Shown: one piece after another, positions 57,073 to 64,000 of the stretch
Layout of the letters: the number at the start of each line of letters is the position of its first letter
How positions within the stretch are numbered: position 1 is the stretch's first letter
Source of the DNA: Eledone cirrhosa
Taxonomy: Eukaryota
NCBI GenBank assembly: GCA_964016885.1
Contig: OZ024743.1
Coordinates: 168,144,001 to 168,208,000, forward strand
Direction of reading: 5' to 3'
DNA: 64,000 nucleotides
The notes under the pieces: model-generated
What the model saw: only the letters and a program-made list of their open reading frames with translations
Told to the model about the DNA's origin: nothing
The model's database searches: none
Position numbers and translations under genes: made by a program

Positions 57073-57392
57073 CTCTTTATATTTCCACCCTCTCTCTCTC
57101 CCTCTCTATCCCTCCCTCCCACTATGATCAATTTAATTCTCTTTAACTCACTACATTCCACGACATGAAGTCTGCTATCAAAACTGACCAAGGAGTCCTT
57201 CCACCTCTACCCCTCCCTCCATCTCAGTTTGTCACTTTACTTCCTACCATTACCCCCTTCCTCTCTCTCTCTCTATACTATTCCGTTTGTTCCCTCACCT
57301 TCTGATTCCTCTTTCTCTATACTAGTAAATACAATTCCAAATAAATGTTTTTCTCTATATATTAAGAATTATTTCAAGAGTAACTTATTCAC

Positions 57393-57494
57393 TATTTTGA
57401 AAATTTGGACTGTGAACAACAATTATAATTGAGTGGCTGCTATATGCAGTATAACAATATAAGGTTGCACTTACCAATGAAACGGTCGTAAATA
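57393..57494 (+). ncRNA. Hammerhead ribozyme (family I; U3:A8 core, long stem II)
   Basis: TATT-TTGAAAA-TTTGG..GTG..CAAC...GTTGCAC..CCAAT-GAAA-CGGTCG-TA-AATA. Confidence 0.6.
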
Positions 57495-57672
57495 CCTGGA
57501 TAAAATGCTTCTCTTAATGCTTACCTGTGTTTTCTCTTTTATACTTTATACTCCAAGATTGAACGGAATTCTTACAAACTTGTGGAGTTACCCCTAACCG
57601 TACGTTGAAACCATCCATGAAACTGGCTTTCTTAACCAAGAACTGGATCACAATAAGCAATTTTTTGCTTCT

Positions 57673-57746
<74 letters not shown>

Positions 57747-57994
57747 GATAATGGAATCTTCCGTCGATTCGTCTTTTCAATTCATTGTTTTATGTTTATG
57801 CCTAAAATGGCACTTCAATCCAGTTGCTGATTTACCCGTCAATTCGTATAATTTAGTCCAGAAATATCCGTCGAAACGGCTTGAGCTCTTCCGTCGGAGT
57901 CATACTTTTTCCTATTTCCCACTCTACTACCCTAAGTATTGAATAATCTGGTGCGTTATGGTCCATCTGGTTCCTTACCACAATTCCTTTGTTT

Positions 57995-58082
<88 letters not shown>

Positions 58083-58217
58083 GGTGTCTGTGACCTATAT
58101 ACACCGGTCACAGACATACAGACACACAGACACACACATATATTCTTTTACTCTTTTACCTGTTCCAGCGATCCGGCTGAGGCCATGCTGGGGCACCGCT
58201 CTTATATATATATATGC

Positions 58218-58278
<61 letters not shown>

Positions 58279-58321
58279 CTTCAAAATATTAATAAATATA
58301 GACATTCATGTGATCAAATTT

Positions 58322-58385
58322 ATTTTATTATACATATTTCAGAGGTACTGAGCTATTTCCTCAGTACGTACTCATCAGATAAAAT
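58322..58385 (-). ncRNA. Hammerhead ribozyme (family B subfamily)
   Basis: ATTTTAT-CTGATGA-GTA-C-GTACTGAG..CTCAGTAC-C-TCT-GAAA-TATGTA-TA-ATAAAAT. Confidence 0.75.
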
Positions 58386-58712
58386 AAATTGATGTCTGTC
58401 ATACCTCAACTGTGCTAATGGTTCAATTCCAATCTTGGCAGTGATTAGTTATGACAAAACTCAATATTTATATACCATAAGTTGTAACATGACAAACTAC
58501 ATATAATTGAGAGGGTACGTAGGAGAACGTGTATAAAAAATATAATTGTTTCTACTTTAGGCACAAGGCCAGCAATTACCCAGTACATTACTGGTACTTT
58601 ATTTTATCGACCCCGTAAGGATGAAAGGCAAAGTTAACCTCGGCGGGATTTGAACTCAGACTGCAAAGGGACGTTACTATGCTAGAAAGCATGGCGTCCA
58701 ACCCTCTACCGA

Positions 58713-58812
58713 TAAGCTTCAGCTTTGAGAAACTACTCTCGCCACTTGCCATTGATACTGGAAGTGTGAGAAGGATCCTCAATGCAATAGCAACATTAGT
58801 GAAATTATTCAA
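58713..58812 (-). pseudogene. hAT transposase dimerisation-domain fragment
   Basis: FTNVAIALRILLTLPVSMASGESSFSKLKLI. Confidence 0.8.
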
Positions 58813-59017
58813 AAATCATCCAAACTCGTGGCCTACAAAAACACGCGAGAGTAATTGTATCCTGAAAGTTTCGTATACACGCGATTTTCACTCACTCATT
58901 TTCAGACTGAAAAATATAATAAGTATATATAAAGACAAGCAAAAGATATAAACATATAACTACATAACTGTTAAAAATTTAAATAATTAAATATATAAAT
59001 ATCCGTATTAGAGAAGC

Positions 59018-59103
<86 letters not shown>

Positions 59104-59580
59104 GGAGAGATGATACTAAAAACAAAGAAAGGGAGATATGTATTGTATAATATAATTACTTAAGGAAAAGAAGAATAAAGGTATATGATGCGTGACCGTT
59201 TTTTTTTCAAATATTAAGTTAGGTAGAAATAATCAATTAAATATCGTAAAATTTTTAGTCTATAATATTTGAAAGTAATTATATTATTATATTATATCAA
59301 AATTAAAACAATATGAAGTGAAAAAGATAATTTAACATAATTTCAAGGGTAATCATGGGTATATTTAAATTAATAAATTTACTCAATAATTTGGTTACAA
59401 AAATCAAAATTAAAAATATTATTAACTAACAATAGTGCTTGTATTAAGGTGGTTGTAAACACCCCCCTCTGCTGGTTTTATTTCATTAGCTGAACTTTGA
59501 TGAGTATATAATGGCATAGCTGAATCAACTCTCTTAAATTTATAAAGAATATCTTCTATAAATTTCTATATCAAAGATGA

Positions 59581-59629
<49 letters not shown>

Positions 59630-59634
<5 letters not shown>

Positions 59635-60659
59635 TATATAAAGTTGTAGTTCCTGTCTGTTTGTTTGTTTGTTTGTTCACGAACTCTTCCTATGGTTTTG
59701 GAGATATGCCCCCATAACTATATATATTCTGAAACTACATTACCTAGGGTACTTGGATAATTATATTTCAATTTAATCAAAGGGTTCCCCGGGGGTACAA
59801 ACCCCCGCTGAAAACTTTTTCCCTTCGATTTATATGAAATTTAAACCATAGGTAAATGACAAGATGCCTATTCACAAAATTTCACAAAATTTCAATAATA
59901 TTAAGACACCCTAATAGGGGTTAAACCCCCTATATGAAAATTTTGGTCAACAAATGGAACAAGATGTGTTGTAACAAGATTGCATCAGAACTTGATTGAA
60001 GCAACCATTATATTCGGGGTTTATAAAGGTCAAGCTCTTCTCATTCCGAGGATTCCACTATACCAAGTGATAGCAACTTGCCTTTCACATTTAAGAGGCT
60101 GCAGTTCCCAGTGAGGCCATGCTTTGCCATGAGCATCAATAAGAGTCAAGGTCAAACTTTCAAAACTATTGGTATAGATCTGACAAACCCATGTTTCAGT
60201 CATGGCCTGTTTTATGTGGCTGTTTCAAGGACTGGAACTTCAAAAAATCTCTACATTTTAGCCAATCAAAGAAAGACAAGAAATATTGTTTACCCCGAAG
60301 TTCTTCTTTAGGACAACGTATGAAATATATTTTCATGTATTTATTATGTTAAAAAATAAATAATTAAACTTTGAATTTCTAATTTGAAAATAATGCTTTA
60401 CACAAAAATGAAATGATCAAGTTTTGAATTGATATTTTGAAAAAAATTATTTACAAGAAACAAAATAAGAATAAGATTTAATAATGTAATTTTGATTTGA
60501 TATATTACAAAAAATAATGTTTTCCAATTTTTCATGCATTACATATTACATTGAAATGCATGCAGAGTTTTTCTCCATAAATTATATCACTGATTTAAAA
60601 TCAATCATCATTTTCTTACAAAAAGAATGTGTGCAGCAAGGCGCGGGTAACTCGGCTAG
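59630..60659 (+). mobile_element. Internally deleted Helitron with PIF1 helicase C-terminus (about 59985-60311)
   Basis: RLQFPVRPCFAMSINKSQGQT...FSHGLFYVAVSR...NIVYPEVL; ends GCGCGGGTAACTCGGCTAG|T. Confidence 0.9.
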
Positions 60660-61799
60660 TATACATATAAATGTTCACATACATGTAAATATATGTTTAT
60701 ATTTGTACAATTATAGTATTGTTCTTAATTATTCATAGTTACATGAGAAATATTAACACACTTAGGGATATATGGATATTTTATTTTAAATTCTTGTTAC
60801 ACGAATCTTTGTTATATCTTCGAATCAACATGAATGAGCCTCAACATGAACAGTTGCGAGACCTGCATCTCCAAAATATTTTAATGATAATATAGGGACT
60901 TTAAACTGAGTGTCATGATCAAAGTAGCCTATATAATAAATTTATCCTGCTGTTTGACGCAGATCAAGAAAACAGCGCATGACGCAGCATTGCAGTTTTG
61001 TTTGTGAGACATCCTATGAAGCTTTGATTGACGTAAGGTTGATACATCATCCACCTAGCTGTTGTGATCATTCTGTTCTTCCATCACTTTTATAATGATA
61101 TTACAGAAACGAAAAATATAAAAATAAATAAAAAATAAATGTACAAATCTTATTCATGTCATGTGTGTTGGTACGGGATTATTTTCCAGCTCTTGCTGTT
61201 GCCATTTAGTTCGTTTTTCTGTTTAAGCGGATATTGATTCATCGTCCAAGTCTCTGAATTTTTCATACGTAAGAAGCTGCAAGAAAAGAAAAGGCCAATT
61301 AAATATATCAGTCAAGCAGTTTCTTTTCAATATCTAAATATATAATGTTGTGCGCATGCGTTAGCTAATTTCCTGTGACCGCCTCTTGATGCATTTATTC
61401 ATAGCTATTTCTTAGAACTATAATACGCGAATATAATGAATCAACATAATAATATATACATACATACACAAATATATGAGTGTGTGTGTATGTGAGTGCG
61501 TGCATGTGTGCGTATATAAATGTGTATATGTGGGATACTAATAATCTGCTTAGATACTAAACGTAATAAAACAACGGGTAATTTTGTATCGAATCCCAGT
61601 TGCACCTAATTCGATCACTGGTTTGTTTCCATTGTTACGAACGTCCTTGGAAAATTGCATCAATGTAACAACCTCCTGTTCTTTTAGTCCTTTCAAAAAT
61701 ATAGGGTGATCTTTGTTCTTTCCTTAAAAGAGACAAATATTTTGTTATTTAGTTGTGGTCAACGCTATAGATATAAACATCTATACAGGTATAAACATC

Positions 61800-62210
61800 G
61801 TTCTAGCTTTGCTCAAGTGAAATGGACTTCTATCAGTTTCGACGATGTGTGTCGAAACTGACAGAAATCAGTTTGGCGAGCCGCCAGTGAAGATGAGAAT
61901 CTCGCTGTCAGTAGCCCGACTCCCCGAAACGTTCGAACGCCACAGGCTGGATATTGTAGTTAGCTGACAGAACACGGTATTTTAGGATTTTGTTCCGTTC
62001 AGCTGTGGATGCTGTAGCTCTTGCATTTTGCCGCTGTTTCCACAATGTGGGAAGAAGCAAAAGAGTCACTAACTGTGACGTCCCAGGTAAGGCACCTGTC
62101 TCTTGACCAGGAGCACAGAGTAAGACCGTCAAGTATTTTCCCATCAATTCAGGACAACCCATACGGTTCAAAAATTGAGGGGATGTTTGCCCGGGCCAAA
62201 GCTCTTAAGT
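61800..62210 (-). pseudogene. CRE-like non-LTR retrotransposon endonuclease fragment
   Basis: DGLTLCSWSRDRCLTWDVTVSDS, then AERNKILKY...PVAFERFG after a frameshift. Confidence 0.7.
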
Positions 62211-62301
62211 GGTAATATGACAGTGTGTGTATGTGCGCGGCATGAGTTTGTCGGCGTTTTTAAATTAGAGACATGTGTGTATGTCACTGTTTTTAAGTTA
62301 G

Positions 62302-62398
<97 letters not shown>

Positions 62399-62479
62399 AT
62401 ATATATGTATCCCTTTCCTTCCTTTTACACACACATTCATTCACACCAAACACACATACACAAATTTATATACATGTGA

Positions 62480-63086
62480 ATGGAGTTCTACTGAGTAGTT
62501 AGAGAAGTTTAGTATCTTGGAGCAGTGTTCATGAGTGATGAATGCAGGAGGCTGAATTAGGTGCAAGAATTGCAAAAGTTGATGCAGTAATGCGCCAGCC
62601 TCAGCAATCAGTAGTGCAAAAGCCAAACTAGCTGTCTTTCTGGTATTCCTGTCAACTCTTACCGAGGATCATGAATCTTGAGTAATGACCAAAAGATACA
62701 AATGCAAATAAAAGCGCCAGAAATGGATTCCTTCGAAGGGTCTTTGGAGTAACGTTACTCGATAAAGTGCATAGCTCAGAGACCAGAGAGTCACTCCTGG
62801 TAGAGCGCTACTTCTCCGAATTGAGAGATCACAATGCCGTTATTATGAGCATGTGGTTAGAATGTCCAGTAAAGGTTCGCTGGACACATTTTACAGGCAA
62901 AACCAACCGACAAGAGACCCAGAGGTAGACATTGAGCAAGATGACATCATGAGCTTGGCTGGTCACGCTTTGGGATCCAGCTGGATCAGTTAGAGATGTT
63001 TGCTACTGACAGACTCGCTGGAAGGAGTGTTTGAGAAGGACTCTGCCCCCACGGCCCTCTTAGAAATAAGTGGGTGAAGAAGAAGA
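62480..63086 (+). pseudogene. RTE LINE 3' region, degraded
   Basis: ARIAK...AKLAVF...GVTLLDKVHS...IERSQ.RYYEHVVRM...KRPRGR; (GAA)n tail. Confidence 0.75.
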
Positions 63087-63319
63087 TATTGTCAAATTAC
63101 ATATATCTATATATGCATATATAATTTGCGTATAATACCAATAAGCACACTACATATGCTAGCAGAAAAACAGTCCGGTTTTTCTACTAGTTAAATTAAT
63201 GATGTCATATCTGAGAAACGTGCCATACCACCTGAAATATATACAAGGAGATTAATTTGTGTTTGCACTTTTTACAAATTATCCCCTGAAATTTTTGATG
63301 CGTTTATTTTATATATACA

Positions 63320-63865
63320 CTAGCAGAATGGCCCGGCGTTGCTCGGGATTTGCTCTAGGGTTTTTATATATTTGATATATATTTATCGTTCTCGTGAAGT
63401 AAATACGTTTGTTTATATTTTGTTATTGTGTATGCAAAAATATCTGTACACGAATATATAAATAACAGTACAGAGAAGTACGGAATACCTCGGCTTCGGG
63501 TTGGTGTCTACAATTTGTGCTTATTAAAAAAGTTCGTCGTACATTACCAGGGTTTTTTTCCGTTCGAAGAAAATCAATCATTTATCGCGAAATAAATACT
63601 TTTGTTTATATGTGTATGCAAACATATCTGTACACGAATATATAATTATATATATATTAAAATAACAGATTAAAGTTAAGCAAAGAACCGCTGCTTTCAC
63701 CCTTAACGGATCTTCTGAACCTAAAATAATAAATCTGTGAACGCAGAAGTAAAATATTTCGAAAAAGTTACACAATATATATATATATACAGACACTACA
63801 CACACACACACACCGCGTCATAATGACGTAATGGCAGACAGCCAGGCATACATACAGATATTATA
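63320..63865 (-). mobile_element. Non-autonomous Helitron
   Basis: Minus strand ends CCCGAGCAACGCCGGG-CCATTCTG-CTAG|T; 5' boundary uncertain. Confidence 0.65.
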
Positions 63866-63878
63866 AGGGGCGCAATAA

Positions 63879-64000
63879 GGGCGGTGGATTGGCAGTATCG
63901 GTAGAGAGTCGGACGCCATGCTTTGACGCATAGAGTACGACCCTTTCCATTCTGAGTTCAAATCCGGCCGAGGTCAACTTTGCCTTTCATCATTACGGGT
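63879..64000 (+). mobile_element. tRNA-derived SINE (major family), cut by the window edge
   Basis: GGGCGGTGGATTGGCAGTATCGG...GAGTTCAAATCC. Confidence 0.85.

Noticed and set aside
60078-60311. Host PIF1 helicase gene
   Set aside because: C-terminal fragment only, lying inside an element with a Helitron 3' end

Overview
Very AT-rich, microsatellite-saturated eukaryotic non-coding DNA. The SINE and LINE content resembles a cephalopod (octopus-like) genome, which is an inference. No intact host gene can be supported, and almost all six-frame ORFs are (TA)n/(CA)n artefacts. The window is a patchwork of transposon remnants: tRNA-derived SINEs, RTE, Tx1/L1, Dong/R4 and CRE-like LINE fragments, hAT fragments, MITEs, Helitrons and three Penelope-like (GIY-YIG) elements. 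The most striking signal is about 30 type I hammerhead ribozyme (HHR) motifs, read and folded by eye, in roughly nine sequence families. Most sit in short fold-back elements embedded in (TA)n. They include tandem retrozyme-like arrays (70-nt, 443-nt and 531-nt periods), U3:A8 and GCAA core variants, and a recurring C-C mismatch in stem II. One family is physically joined to a coding Penelope-like element, and a 2.5-kb near-perfect palindrome is built from a Penelope endonuclease 3' end. Boundaries are approximate unless a motif is quoted.
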